NCBI GenBank assembly: GCA_041946735.1
Contig: JBHGAY010000005.1
Location: forward strand, 64,001 to 128,000
DNA: 64,000 nt
Reading direction: 5' to 3'
DNA from: Candidatus Eiseniibacteriota bacterium
GTDB taxonomy: Bacteria > Eisenbacteria > RBG-16-71-46 > CAIMUX01 > VGJL01
Shown: positions 54,906 through 64,000 of the stretch, piece after piece
Layout of the letters: the number at the start of each line of letters is the position of its first letter
Position numbering within the stretch: the stretch's first letter is position 1
Made by a program: the position numbers and the translations under genes
Notes under the pieces: generated by a model
The model's database searches: none
Told to the model about the DNA's origin: nothing
Seen by the model: the letters and a program-made list of their open reading frames with translations, nothing else

Positions 54906-56750
54906 TTACCGCCCCGCGCCCGCCCGGGCGGGATCCGAAGCCGGCGCCTGCGCCCAGCGCGGCGGAGCGTCGGGGCGGATCGGGATCGAGTCGGGGATCA
55001 CCTCGCCGCCGATGGCTTCCTTCGCCTCGCGGAGGAGCGAGCGCACCTCTTCTCCTTCGGCCGATCGGAAGGTCGCTGCGGTCAGGCCGGACATCAGCGC
55101 GCGCTCCATCCGCTGCAACGTGCGGCGTTGCGCCTCGACCTCCTTGCGCGCCGGCCGCCGCCGGCCTCCCGGATCGCGGATCTTCTCGATCCAGGCGCGC
55201 ATCTCAGCCCTCGCCGAGTCCGGATCGAGGGGCAGGACGTCGAACCGTCCCGGCGCGCTGCGATACTCGTGATCGAACTCCTGGGACCACGCATAGCGCC
55301 AGGGACCGGGCTCCTCCGGATGGAAGCGAATCGTCCAGCGGTAATCGCCCTCGTAGCTCGCGAGCAGATCCCATCTTCGTCCGCTGGGCGACTGGAACGT
55401 CCAACGCACCTTCTGCTTCTCGGGAGCCGCGGTCCGGATCCAGGTGTCGCGCAGCTCCGCTTCGAAATCGCCGCCGAGCGGAATGGGATCGACGGCGGCG
55501 AGGATGCGCGCCTGCAAGCGGCGCGCTCCGGCGCAATCCCACAGCGGCTCGCGATGCCAGGCGGTGGCCCTGGCGCTGGTGGCGGTGGCGGCGAGGTCGG
55601 CCGCCATCGTTTCGCCACCTGCCGTCCGTATCTCGACGGTCGCGCGCGGCGAGCCGGGGTCGGGAAGCCACGTGCAGGCGATGCGCGCCGCGCCCGCCGC
55701 GAGATCGAGTTCCGGCAGGGCGAGCACGCGTCCCGGTTCCAGCCGCACCGCCTGCTCGATGCGAGCCACCTCGCCGGGCGCCTCCCATTCCAGCTCGAGT
55801 CGCGGGCGCCGGGCCACGTTGCGAGAGTCCCCCTCGTTGGCCGAATAGAGGGTGACGACACTGCCCGGCGTGTCTTCCTCGACGTCCCCGACCTTCAACA
55901 GGAAGAGGAGCGGACGGCCGGCCGCGATCCGGCGCGTTGCGCAGGACGCGAGCCCGGCGGAGTCGAAGATGACCCGCGAAGCGCCGGGGACGTACACCGC
56001 GTCCGCGAGCGGCATCGCGCCGGTGTCGGCCTGCCGATCGGTGTCAGAGGCGTAGCCCGCGCCGGGAAGGGCCCAGGCCTCCTCGCCGAAGGCGGCGTCG
56101 TTCCACCACACCTCGCCGGGGCGTGGGGGGCTCACGTTGTCTCCGAGCGTCCCGCCGCCGCCCGTTCGATAGTCCCTCTTCATCTCATAGAGAACGAGGC
56201 GCACGCTGTCGGCCGGGCCGCTCTCGACGCCGATCGTGAGCGTCCCGCGCGTTACGATCGCCCCCGGCGGCAGCTCGATCCCCTCCCAGCGCTGCACGAC
56301 GCGGAACAGCTCGTACTCCCCGTACGCTTCGCTCCCGTCGCGGCGCCCGACCCGCACGTGCACCTGTCGCGCCTGGTTCCACGCATGCTTGTACGTTCCG
56401 TCGAGGAACCCTCGCAGATCGTTGTCTTCCATCCCGGAATAGGTAGGGCCGTCGACGAATGTGAAAACGTGGCGCTGCGAGAGGACGCTCCTCGCGCCGC
56501 CTCGGGCGTCGCCGGCTCCGCCGGCGAAAGCGGAGACGCGAAGCGTCCCGGAGAAGGGGGCGGACAGCGCCACGTCGGAGCGAAACGGTTCGATCTCCAT
56601 CCGGCGAAGCAGGCGGCGGCCGGCGAGGAAGGCGCCGCCGGCGAGCGCGAGCGCAAGCGCGAGAAGCGCGAGGGCGAGAAGCGGGCGACGGATGGGGAGC
56701 AAGCGGTTTCGGCCCGGTCTGCCGCCGGGCGCGCGAGCCGTGACGGACAA
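54906..56750 (-). CDS. Membrane-anchored or secreted multidomain hypothetical protein
   Basis: N-terminal hydrophobic helix; LPPGAIVTRGTL..W..PGA..RPRLEL resembles DNRLRE-type domains; C-terminal WTIRFHP..PGPWRY Ig-like part; TTG start after GAGGAGG. Confidence 0.65.
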   Translation of the reverse strand: MSVTARAPGGRPGRNRLLPIRRPLLALALLALALALAGGAFLAGRRLLRRMEIEPFRSDVALSAPFSGTLRVSAFAGGAGDARGGARSVLSQRHVFTFVDGPTYSGMEDNDLRGFLDGTYKHAWNQARQVHVRVGRRDGSEAYGEYELFRVVQRWEGIELPPGAIVTRGTLTIGVESGPADSVRLVLYEMKRDYRTGGGGTLGDNVSPPRPGEVWWNDAAFGEEAWALPGAGYASDTDRQADTGAMPLADAVYVPGASRVIFDSAGLASCATRRIAAGRPLLFLLKVGDVEEDTPGSVVTLYSANEGDSRNVARRPRLELEWEAPGEVARIEQAVRLEPGRVLALPELDLAAGAARIACTWLPDPGSPRATVEIRTAGGETMAADLAATATSARATAWHREPLWDCAGARRLQARILAAVDPIPLGGDFEAELRDTWIRTAAPEKQKVRWTFQSPSGRRWDLLASYEGDYRWTIRFHPEEPGPWRYAWSQEFDHEYRSAPGRFDVLPLDPDSARAEMRAWIEKIRDPGGRRRPARKEVEAQRRTLQRMERALMSGLTAATFRSAEGEEVRSLLREAKEAIGGEVIPDSIPIRPDAPPRWAQAPASDPARAGAGR

Positions 56751-57034
56751 GTGCCCCTCCTCTTCCGTTCCCTTCGTGCGATCGCGTCCCTTCGTGCGAT
56801 CGCGCGTCTCTGTCGATCGCTTGGTCGCCAGGGTAGGCGAAAGGCGGCTCGGAGGCGATGCCGATCGTGCATGCGATCGGTCCATGGACGGCTGCCGCTC
56901 CCGGCCGGATTCCCGATCAGACGTTCCGCGTCGCCAGCGAGATGGCGATGGGTCTATGCTCACAGGCCGCGGATTCGGAGGGACCAAGGCTTCGCTGCGA
57001 CCGGCCGCTTTCGCCGACAGGGGAGGCGGCTATC

Positions 57035-57826
57035 ATGAGTCAACCCTCAGGTTCCGGTGCCGGCAGATTCCTGCTGAGCGGCCGGGTCGCGCTCGTTACC
57101 GGTGGAAACGGGGGGCTGGGACGCGCGATAGCGCTCGGACTCCGCGAAGCCGGGGCCTCGGTGGCTGTCACCGGCCGCGATCCCGCGAAGAACGCGGCGA
57201 TCGCTGCCGAGCTCGGCGGCGCGTCGCGAGCTTTCGCTGTCGACGTTCGCGATGAGGAAGCGGTTTCCCAGATGATCGGAGGCGTCGTCGAGCAGCTGGG
57301 GCGCCTGGACATCCTCGTATGCTGCGCGGGAGATTTCGCAGGAGGGCCAGCCCTCGATCTCTCCCTTGCCGACTGGGAGCGAGTGCTCGGGTCCCATCTG
57401 ACAGGGACGTTTCTTTGCGCAAAGCACGCCGCCCGCGAGATGGCGAAGGGCGGGGAGGGGGGGAAGATCGTGGCGATCGGCTCGATGTACTCCCTGTTCG
57501 GACCTCCCCGATACGCCAACTATGCCGCCGCCAAATCCGGCATTCTCGGTCTCACGCGCGCACTCGCGGTCGAACTGGCCATGCACCGGATCCAGGTAAA
57601 CGCGATCCTGCCTGGCTGGTTCGAGACCGCGCTCACAGGAACCTCGCGCCATACCGAATGGGGCGAGCGGATCCGGCGAAAGACCCCGGCGGCGAGGTGG
57701 GGCGAGCCCGAGGACCTTGTCGGGGCGGCGATCTTCCTCAGCTCGCGCGCGTCTGACTTCGTGACTGGAGTCGCGCTGCCCGTCGACGGCGGTTACGCGG
57801 TCGCCGATCGCCTCCTGCCGGAGTAG
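57035..57826 (+). CDS. SDR family oxidoreductase (KduD/gluconate dehydrogenase-like)
   Basis: TGGNGGLG, YAAAK, VNAILPGW, VDGG; RBS GGAGG. Confidence 0.93.
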   Translation: MSQPSGSGAGRFLLSGRVALVTGGNGGLGRAIALGLREAGASVAVTGRDPAKNAAIAAELGGASRAFAVDVRDEEAVSQMIGGVVEQLGRLDILVCCAGDFAGGPALDLSLADWERVLGSHLTGTFLCAKHAAREMAKGGEGGKIVAIGSMYSLFGPPRYANYAAAKSGILGLTRALAVELAMHRIQVNAILPGWFETALTGTSRHTEWGERIRRKTPAARWGEPEDLVGAAIFLSSRASDFVTGVALPVDGGYAVADRLLPE

Positions 57827-57950
57827 GTCCGTTACGCGGGCCGCTTCCTGGACCGCCGCGCCGCGCGCCCCGGCGAAGAGTCGCATTCACTCAGGCCTCC
57901 CGGCCGGCGTGCGCGCCGTCGATGACCGATGACCCTTCTCCCCGCCGACG

Positions 57951-58725
57951 CTACGGCGATTCGGCCGCGAGCATCGCCCGGACGCCCGCCGCCTCGCTCG
58001 AGCGGCCACTTCCTTCGAGGAAGGCGATCGCGTGGGAGAAGGTCCGGCCTTCCAGGTCGACCGGGATCGAGGAAGGTCGGGCGAGCAGGATCTTCTTCCC
58101 CTGCTCCCATAGCCGGACCGCCTCCCCCGCCTGCTCCGTGCCCGCGGGACCTGTGAGGCAGCATGCGAGGTGGACCCGGGCGACGGCGCCGAGCCGCTCT
58201 TGATCCAGCCCGGCCCTCGCCGATTCCTCCAAGCATCGACGGAGGGCGGGGACGCCCTCGTCCTTCCGCCCCTCCTCGTCAAGGAGCATGCCGAGATCGA
58301 GAAGCGCGCGTGCGTTCTCGCGCGAGTCGGGAACCGCGGCCGTCTCGAGAGCGGCGTGCGATTCCGCGAGGAGCGATTCCGCTTCGGGGAACCGGCCTTC
58401 CCGCCGCCGCAGGTCTGCGAGAGCGCGTAGCAGGACACCGACGAGCACATCGTCCCGGCTGCCGATGAGGCGGGCCCGAGCATGGCTGGCGGCGAGGAGG
58501 CTCTCCGCCGGCGCGAAGCGCGCGCTCGAGACGGAGATACGCCTCATGGACGAGCGCGGTCGGCTGAAGGGTCTGCCCGGGACCTTCGCGGCGAAGTATG
58601 TGGGCCGCCAGCTCGCGAAGCTCGCCATAGACCTGCTCGAAGAGCTTCTCCTGGATCGAAGGATCTCTCTGCTCGGGAAGCAGCGCGAAGATCGTCTGGG
58701 TGATGTCGCAGCGTTGCGGCTGCAT
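57951..58725 (-). pseudogene. Deletion remnant: N-terminus of an ECF sigma joined out of frame to a TPR C-terminus
   Basis: From 58725 to about 58528: VYGELRELAAHILRRE..TLQPTALVHEAYLRL, after which sigma similarity ends. Another frame from about 58528 to 57951 gives TPR-like LADL..EGRFPEAESLL.. Confidence 0.75.
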
Positions 58726-58983
58726 GAGCGGCTTGCCCCCCGATTGCATGAAGCTCTCGCGGCCGAGTTACGGTTCGACGCTGCATGTGCGACGCAGAGG
58801 ATGGTGTGAAAACGGGGCAGTCTAGCACGGAATCGGAGGGCGTCCGAGCGAAACAAGTGTGTGGTGTGTGGGAGGGGGAAAGTCCGCGGTGGAGCAACAC
58901 CGGAACATGCGTCGGCTTGACGAAGACTCCGCGAAGGGCCGGGCTCGCGCTCGTAGCGCGTGGCGGCCCGCCCCATCCTCATC

Positions 58984-59186
58984 TCATGGGCGCCGGATGA
59001 CCGACGGGCCGTTTCTCGCCACTACCCTGCCCCTCTTGTCGAAGGTAGGACTCTCGGTGTATGTCCCCGTCTCAATGGAGATCGTCGTCCCGTGTCCGGC
59101 CGCGTCGATCCCCTCCTGGACCGTGTCGAAGGGGTGCGACAGGGAGCCATCCTCGTCTCCGGAATTGTTCCAGTCCACGTAGACGG
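58984..59186 (-). pseudogene. Orphan C-terminal domain fragment of a secreted protein (DUF1565-like)
   Basis: VYVDWNNSG.EDGS..HPFDTVQEGI..GTY; no signal peptide and no convincing start or RBS. Confidence 0.55.
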
Positions 59187-59431
59187 TTCGAAGCGGGCGG
59201 CACCGGATCATCCCCCGGCCATGGGTGGCTGGGACAGCGACGCGACCGGCGCCCCGCCGCGCTCACGTAGAGCCGTTCGGGGCCAGGCGAGAGACGTGTC
59301 TTTCGCCGCCCTGTCGCCTGCATGCGGGGGACCGATGCGAAGAATGGAGGCTTGGGCGATCGCGGCAATCGCCCTTTTCCTCGAAGCCAGGCGTCGAGGA
59401 CCGGGTTACAATCCCTTTCCCGGAGGTGACG

Positions 59432-60628
59432 ATGCAGCAATCGCAGCGGCAGGCATCCCAGGTGCGTACCGGACTCGACGTCGTCCTGCGCGATGGGATC
59501 GGCCTTCCCGGCGAAGGCCGGGCGGGACTGTTGTGCAATAGCGCGGCCACCGACCGGCTCCTGCGCGCGACCCCGCAGGCGCTCGCGCAGGTCCGCGGCC
59601 TCCGGCTCATCAGGATCTTCTCGCCGCAGCACGGATTCGCCGGCGAGAAGCAGGACAACATGGTCGAGTCGCCCGACGCGACGCACGAGCCGACCAGCTT
59701 GCCGATCGTGAGCCTCTACGGCCGCGTCCGCCGGCCGGAACCGGCGATGCTCGACGACCTTGACGCAGTGATCGTCGATCTTCCCGACGTCGGCACGCGC
59801 GTCTACACGTTCCTGACGACCGCTCTCTACATGCTCCGCGCGTGCGCCGAAGCGGGCGTGGCGGTGATCGTCCTCGACCGGCCCAATCCGATCGGAGGCG
59901 ATGCTGTCGAAGGCCCCATGCTCGAGGCCGGTTTCACCTCGTTCGTCGGGGAGATCCCGATCCCGCTGCGCCATGGCCTGACGCCGGGCGAGTTTCTCCG
60001 CCTCGGCGCGCGGGCGCTCGATCTCGAGCCGGCGCTCGATCTCACCGTCATCCCGATGGAGGGATGGCGCCGCGACCTCTGGTTCGACGAAACGGGGCTG
60101 ACCTGGGTCATGCCCTCTCCGAACCTTCCGACCCTCGAGAGCACCGTCGTCTACCCGGGCCAGGTGCTGCTCGAGGGCACGACCCTCTCCGAAGGGCGCG
60201 GGACGACCCGGCCGTTCGAGCTTTGGGGCGCCCCGTGGCTCGACACGCGGGCGGTCGCCAACGCGATCGGCCCGCTGGAGGGCTGCCTGCTGCGCGAGGT
60301 CGCCTTCGAGCCGACCTTCCAGAAGCACGCGGGGCAGTTGGTGCGCGGCTTCCAGATCCACGTGACGGACCGCGACCGCTATCGCCCGGTGCGCACCACC
60401 GTCGCGCTCCTCGCCGCCGTGCGCTCGATCCATCCGGAAAGGAAGCTCTGGCGCGAGCCGCCCTACGAGTACGAGACGAAGCGGATGCCGATCGACCTCA
60501 TCAGCGGGAGCGATCGGCTGCGGGCGGCGATCGACGCCGGCGCTTCCGTCGACGACATCGCCGGCCGTTGGGACGAGCAGGTCGCGGCGTTCCGCGAGCG
60601 GCGGCAGGGCTTCCTCCTCTACGAATGA
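59432..60628 (+). CDS. namZ: Exo-beta-N-acetylmuramidase NamZ (DUF1343)
   Basis: VRTGLD, FSPQHG, SLYG, DVGTRVYTF, LDRPNP, PSPNLPT, SEGRGTTRPFE; RBS GGAGG, upstream TACAAT. Confidence 0.93.
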   Translation: MQQSQRQASQVRTGLDVVLRDGIGLPGEGRAGLLCNSAATDRLLRATPQALAQVRGLRLIRIFSPQHGFAGEKQDNMVESPDATHEPTSLPIVSLYGRVRRPEPAMLDDLDAVIVDLPDVGTRVYTFLTTALYMLRACAEAGVAVIVLDRPNPIGGDAVEGPMLEAGFTSFVGEIPIPLRHGLTPGEFLRLGARALDLEPALDLTVIPMEGWRRDLWFDETGLTWVMPSPNLPTLESTVVYPGQVLLEGTTLSEGRGTTRPFELWGAPWLDTRAVANAIGPLEGCLLREVAFEPTFQKHAGQLVRGFQIHVTDRDRYRPVRTTVALLAAVRSIHPERKLWREPPYEYETKRMPIDLISGSDRLRAAIDAGASVDDIAGRWDEQVAAFRERRQGFLLYE

Positions 60629-62673
60629 GCGAAGAACGGCCAGGAAGGAGCGAAGAACGGCCAGGAAGGAGCGAAGCCGGGCTGCCCCGCTCCGCTCCGG
60701 CGCTCGACCGCCACGGCGCGCCCCTCCGCGCGATCGTGCTCGCCGCGGGATTCGGCACGCGGATGCTCCCGCTCACACGCACGATGCCGAAGGCGCTCCT
60801 CCCGGTCGCCGGCCGGCCGCTGCTCGAATGGACGCTGCGCCTCCTCGCCCGTTCCGGCATCGACGAGGCCGTCGTGAACGCTCACCATCATGCCGCGGCG
60901 ATCCGCGGCTGGATCGAGCAACGGCGCGGCGATCCGCGGCTCCCCCGCGTGGACGTCGTCGTCGAGGAGCCGGAGATCCTCGGTTCGGCGGGCGGCATCG
61001 CAAACGCCGCCGCTCTCGGGCTGCTGCAGTCCGACCCGATCGTCGTCGCGAACTCCGACCAGATCCTCCGCGTCGATCTCCGCGCGGTCCTCGCCCGGCA
61101 CCTGGAGCGCGGGGCGATCGCGACGCTCGTCTGCTCTCCGCATCCGCTGCTGCGCCAGGTCCGAGTCGCCGGCGAGCGCGTGACGGAGATCCTTCCCTAT
61201 CCGATGCCGACCGGCCAGTCGCTCTACAGCTTCACCGGGATCTGGCTCCTCGCGCGCGAAGGGCTCGAGGAGCTGCCCCGTGGCCGCTTCGAGGAGATCG
61301 GACCGCACTGGCGGCGATGGGTTGCGGCCGATCGCGTCGCGGCCGTCGTCGTGAAGGATGCGCCGTTCCGGGAAGCGGGGACCCCCGAGGCCTGGCTCGA
61401 GGTCGAGCGCGCCGTCGGCCGGCTTCGCGAGGAGCCGCCGGCGATCGAGGAATCGATCGTCCTGCCCGGAGCGAGCGTCGCTCCGGGAGCGCGCGTGCGT
61501 CGCTCGATCCTCGGTCCGGACGCCGTCCTGTCGGCGGGCGAGCAATGCTACCGGCGGATCGTGGCGGCCGGCGAGTCGCGCGCGCTGCGCGTGCTTTCGC
61601 GCGACGAAGAGGAGGCGCTGCGTGCGGTGCTCGAACGGTCGCGGGGGAAGCTGCCGGTCGTCGCGCGAACGCCGGCGTTCGGGATCCGCCTGCTCGCCGG
61701 GGACGGATCGAACCGGCGCTTCGCGCGCCTGCTCTTCGAGCGCGGGAGCCTGGTCGCCATCTTGAATCCACCGGGGGGGGCGCCGCCGGCTTCGGTCTAT
61801 CCGCATCGCGAGACCGCGGGCGGTCCCGACGAGAACGACAGCTACCTCTACGTGCAGCGGTTCCTCGCCGCGCGAGGCGTGCGCGTGCCGGCGATCCATG
61901 CGTTCGATCGCGAGAGCGGGACGATCCTGCTCGAGGATCTCGGCGATCGCCTACTGCTCGAGGAGATCCAAGGCCGGGACGAGGAGGCGCTGAAGGCACA
62001 CTACCGGCAAGCGCTCGAGATGCTCGAGCGGATGCAGGCGCCGGCGCCGCCGGCGTTCGACGCGGCGCAGACGTGGAACGTCGCGTACGACGAGGCGTTC
62101 GTGCTGCGCTTCGAGGCCGGGTATTTCCATCGGGAAATGGTCGAGTCGATCGCGGGACTCGCCGTCCCGTTCTCCGAGATGGAGGGGATCTACCGGCGCA
62201 TCGCGCAGCGGTCGCTGGCAGGCGCTCCGCGGGTCGCGATGCACCGCGATTTCCAGTCCCGCAACCTGATGATCGTCGAAGGCGGTCTCGCCCTTCTCGA
62301 CTTGCAGGGGATGCGTCTCGGGCCGCCGGAGTACGACCTCGCCTCGCTCCTCCTCGATCCGTATGCCGATCTGCCGGCGCGGCTGCGCGAGGAGCTGCTC
62401 GAGGAGGCGATCGCCGCGAGCGCGGGGCGGATCGATCGCGGCCGGTTCGTCGCTTCGGGGATCGACCGGATGATGCAGGCGCTCGGCGCCTACGCGTATC
62501 TAGGCGGGCGTCTCGGCAAGCCGGGATTCCTCGAGCACGCGCCGGTCGCGCTGCGGCGCCTGCGGGAGCTGGCCGAGGAGGCGTCGCTCCCGGAGATGGC
62601 GGGACTGGCCGACCGCGTCACCGAGGCGCTCACGCGCCGCGCGCACCGGGAGCACCGCGCCGAGCCGGCTTAG
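60625..62673 (+). CDS. Fused MurU-like nucleotidyltransferase and AmgK-like anomeric kinase
   Basis: N-terminal LAAGFGTRMLPLT..PKALLPV; C-terminal GDGSNRRFAR, LEDLGD, HRDFQSRNLM, GPPEYDLASLL.DPY; ATGA overlap with namZ. Confidence 0.88.
   Translation: MSEERPGRSEERPGRSEAGLPRSAPALDRHGAPLRAIVLAAGFGTRMLPLTRTMPKALLPVAGRPLLEWTLRLLARSGIDEAVVNAHHHAAAIRGWIEQRRGDPRLPRVDVVVEEPEILGSAGGIANAAALGLLQSDPIVVANSDQILRVDLRAVLARHLERGAIATLVCSPHPLLRQVRVAGERVTEILPYPMPTGQSLYSFTGIWLLAREGLEELPRGRFEEIGPHWRRWVAADRVAAVVVKDAPFREAGTPEAWLEVERAVGRLREEPPAIEESIVLPGASVAPGARVRRSILGPDAVLSAGEQCYRRIVAAGESRALRVLSRDEEEALRAVLERSRGKLPVVARTPAFGIRLLAGDGSNRRFARLLFERGSLVAILNPPGGAPPASVYPHRETAGGPDENDSYLYVQRFLAARGVRVPAIHAFDRESGTILLEDLGDRLLLEEIQGRDEEALKAHYRQALEMLERMQAPAPPAFDAAQTWNVAYDEAFVLRFEAGYFHREMVESIAGLAVPFSEMEGIYRRIAQRSLAGAPRVAMHRDFQSRNLMIVEGGLALLDLQGMRLGPPEYDLASLLLDPYADLPARLREELLEEAIAASAGRIDRGRFVASGIDRMMQALGAYAYLGGRLGKPGFLEHAPVALRRLRELAEEASLPEMAGLADRVTEALTRRAHREHRAEPA
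60627..60676. repeat. 21-nt tandem duplication at the gene start
   Basis: GAGCGAAGAACGGCCAGGAAG x2 plus a partial copy (SEERPGR x2). Confidence 0.95.
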
Positions 62674-64000
62674 CGGCGGAGGGAGATCTTGCGGGTCGTC
62701 TCGATCCCGCCGGCGGCCCCCCGGACGCGGACGAAGTAGATCCCGCTCGGCACCGGGTTGCCCGCCTCGTTCTCGCCGCGCCAGACGAAGGCGAGCGTTC
62801 CGCCGGCGGCGACCGGACCAGCGGTCGCAGCGAGCGAGCGCACGAGCCGCCCGCTTGCGTCGATGACCTCGACGTCCGCGGACCGCCCGTCTCCCACCGC
62901 CGCCGCAGCCCCCGCCGCCATCTCCAGCCGGAGCGTTACTTCGCCGGCGAACGGGTTCGGGTAGGCGGCGAGGCGGACCGGCGGGCGCAGCGTCGCGTCC
63001 GCCACCGAGGCCCCGGAGTCCTGTCGATAGCCGATCGAGAGCAGGTCCTGCTGCGTGATCCAGGTGTAGCCGTACCCGACCGCGTAGAGGTCGCCGAGCG
63101 GGCTTGCGGCGATCGCGGAAACCTCGTCGGTCAGGCCGTCCCCCGAATCCCGGATGGACGACCAGGCGATCGAGCCGTCTGCCGGGTCGAAGCCGACGAG
63201 GGTCGCGTCCCAACCGGTGGCGGCGGCGCTGCTGAAGCCGCCCGCAACGATCTCCCCGGATGCCGCCCCGGAGACGGCGATCGCGGACGCGCCGTCGTAG
63301 TCGTGCGCGGGCGCATCCCACAGGGACCGCCACTGCAGCTCGCCATCGCCACAGGCGAACTTGCACACGAGGAAGTCGCCGCTCTGCACGCCTGCCACGA
63401 GGAGGTTGCCGTCGCGATCGCTCGCGGCGGCGCGCGGATTGTCGGAGACGGCCCCAGGTGCGCCGTAGCGGGACTGCCAGACGACCTCGCCATCCGACGC
63501 ATCGAAGCGGAAGGCGACCACGTCGAAGAGGGTGGCCGGCTCCCACATCCGGTTCGTGACGAGAGCGTCGTCGTCCGAGCAGAGGAGGATCCATCCGGCC
63601 CGCTCGCCGATGTTGTTGACGGCCCCGGGCAGGACCTTCTGCCAGATCGTCGTGCCGTCGGCCGAGTCCAGCTTCGCCGTGCAGAAATCGGCGTTGCCGT
63701 CCGCGCGTCCGAAGATGCCGGTCAGGACGGGATCGCCGTCGGATCCGACGGCGATCGCCCAGGCTGCGTCGTCCTGATGGTCGGCGCCGCCGAGGAGCCT
63801 GGTCCAGACGACGTGCCCGTCGGCGGCGTCGAGCTTCATCGCGACGACGTCGTCCAGTTCCGATTCGCCGTTGTACATGCGGCCGGTCAGGAAGACGTTG
63901 CCGCCGGAGTCGCAGGCGATCGCGTAGACGGATTCGTTCGTTCCGGTGGGGCTGGCGTAGTGCTGCAACCAGAGAGACTCTCCGGTCTCACCGTCCCGCT
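62670..64000 (-). CDS. Secreted beta-propeller (SBBP/PQQ-like) protein with FlgD-Ig/CTD-like domain; 5' end outside the window
   Basis: Repeats AIAxDxxGNxxxTG..KLDxxDGxxxW; C-terminal YPNPF..DASGRLVRSL..WRGENEAG..SGIYFVR. Confidence 0.85.
   Translation of the reverse strand, partial: RDGETGESLWLQHYASPTGTNESVYAIACDSGGNVFLTGRMYNGESELDDVVAMKLDAADGHVVWTRLLGGADHQDDAAWAIAVGSDGDPVLTGIFGRADGNADFCTAKLDSADGTTIWQKVLPGAVNNIGERAGWILLCSDDDALVTNRMWEPATLFDVVAFRFDASDGEVVWQSRYGAPGAVSDNPRAAASDRDGNLLVAGVQSGDFLVCKFACGDGELQWRSLWDAPAHDYDGASAIAVSGAASGEIVAGGFSSAAATGWDATLVGFDPADGSIAWSSIRDSGDGLTDEVSAIAASPLGDLYAVGYGYTWITQQDLLSIGYRQDSGASVADATLRPPVRLAAYPNPFAGEVTLRLEMAAGAAAAVGDGRSADVEVIDASGRLVRSLAATAGPVAAGGTLAFVWRGENEAGNPVPSGIYFVRVRGAAGGIETTRKISLRR

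Overview
A 64 kb window from a very GC-rich bacterium. Several secreted proteins end in an FlgD-Ig/T9SS-CTD-like domain, which suggests an FCB-related lineage such as Ca. Eisenbacteria (inference only). Left part: a partial GT-C-like membrane protein, TerC, PFOR (nifJ) with a DHOD-like partner, RmuC, two tandem 7Fe-type ferredoxins, a TPPII-like S8 protease, an SLBB protein, a GHMP kinase and an EVE protein. Centre: a minus-strand ECF sigma / soluble zinc-finger anti-sigma / TPR-CHAT protease / secreted S8 protease module. It is divergent from an operon encoding a COG4671-like GT, a beta-barrel, a beta-propeller, a lipoprotein, a triple-GT4 fusion, an ABC exporter and an APH-type kinase. A shared ECF-like motif (GTATCAG-N14/15-CGTC) precedes both the anti-sigma/CHAT genes and the GT operon; this is the best candidate for an undescribed system. 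Next come a Wzx/Wzy/Wzc polysaccharide locus with WecA, and a putative sigma54-driven RraA-NeuB-NeuA-histidine phosphatase ulosonic-acid operon. Right end: an SDR, a deletion remnant of an ECF/kinase pair, and NamZ with a MurU-AmgK fusion. Many short tandem duplications sit at gene boundaries. No rRNA, tRNA, CRISPR array or transposase was recognised. All calls are by motif recognition; no searches were run.
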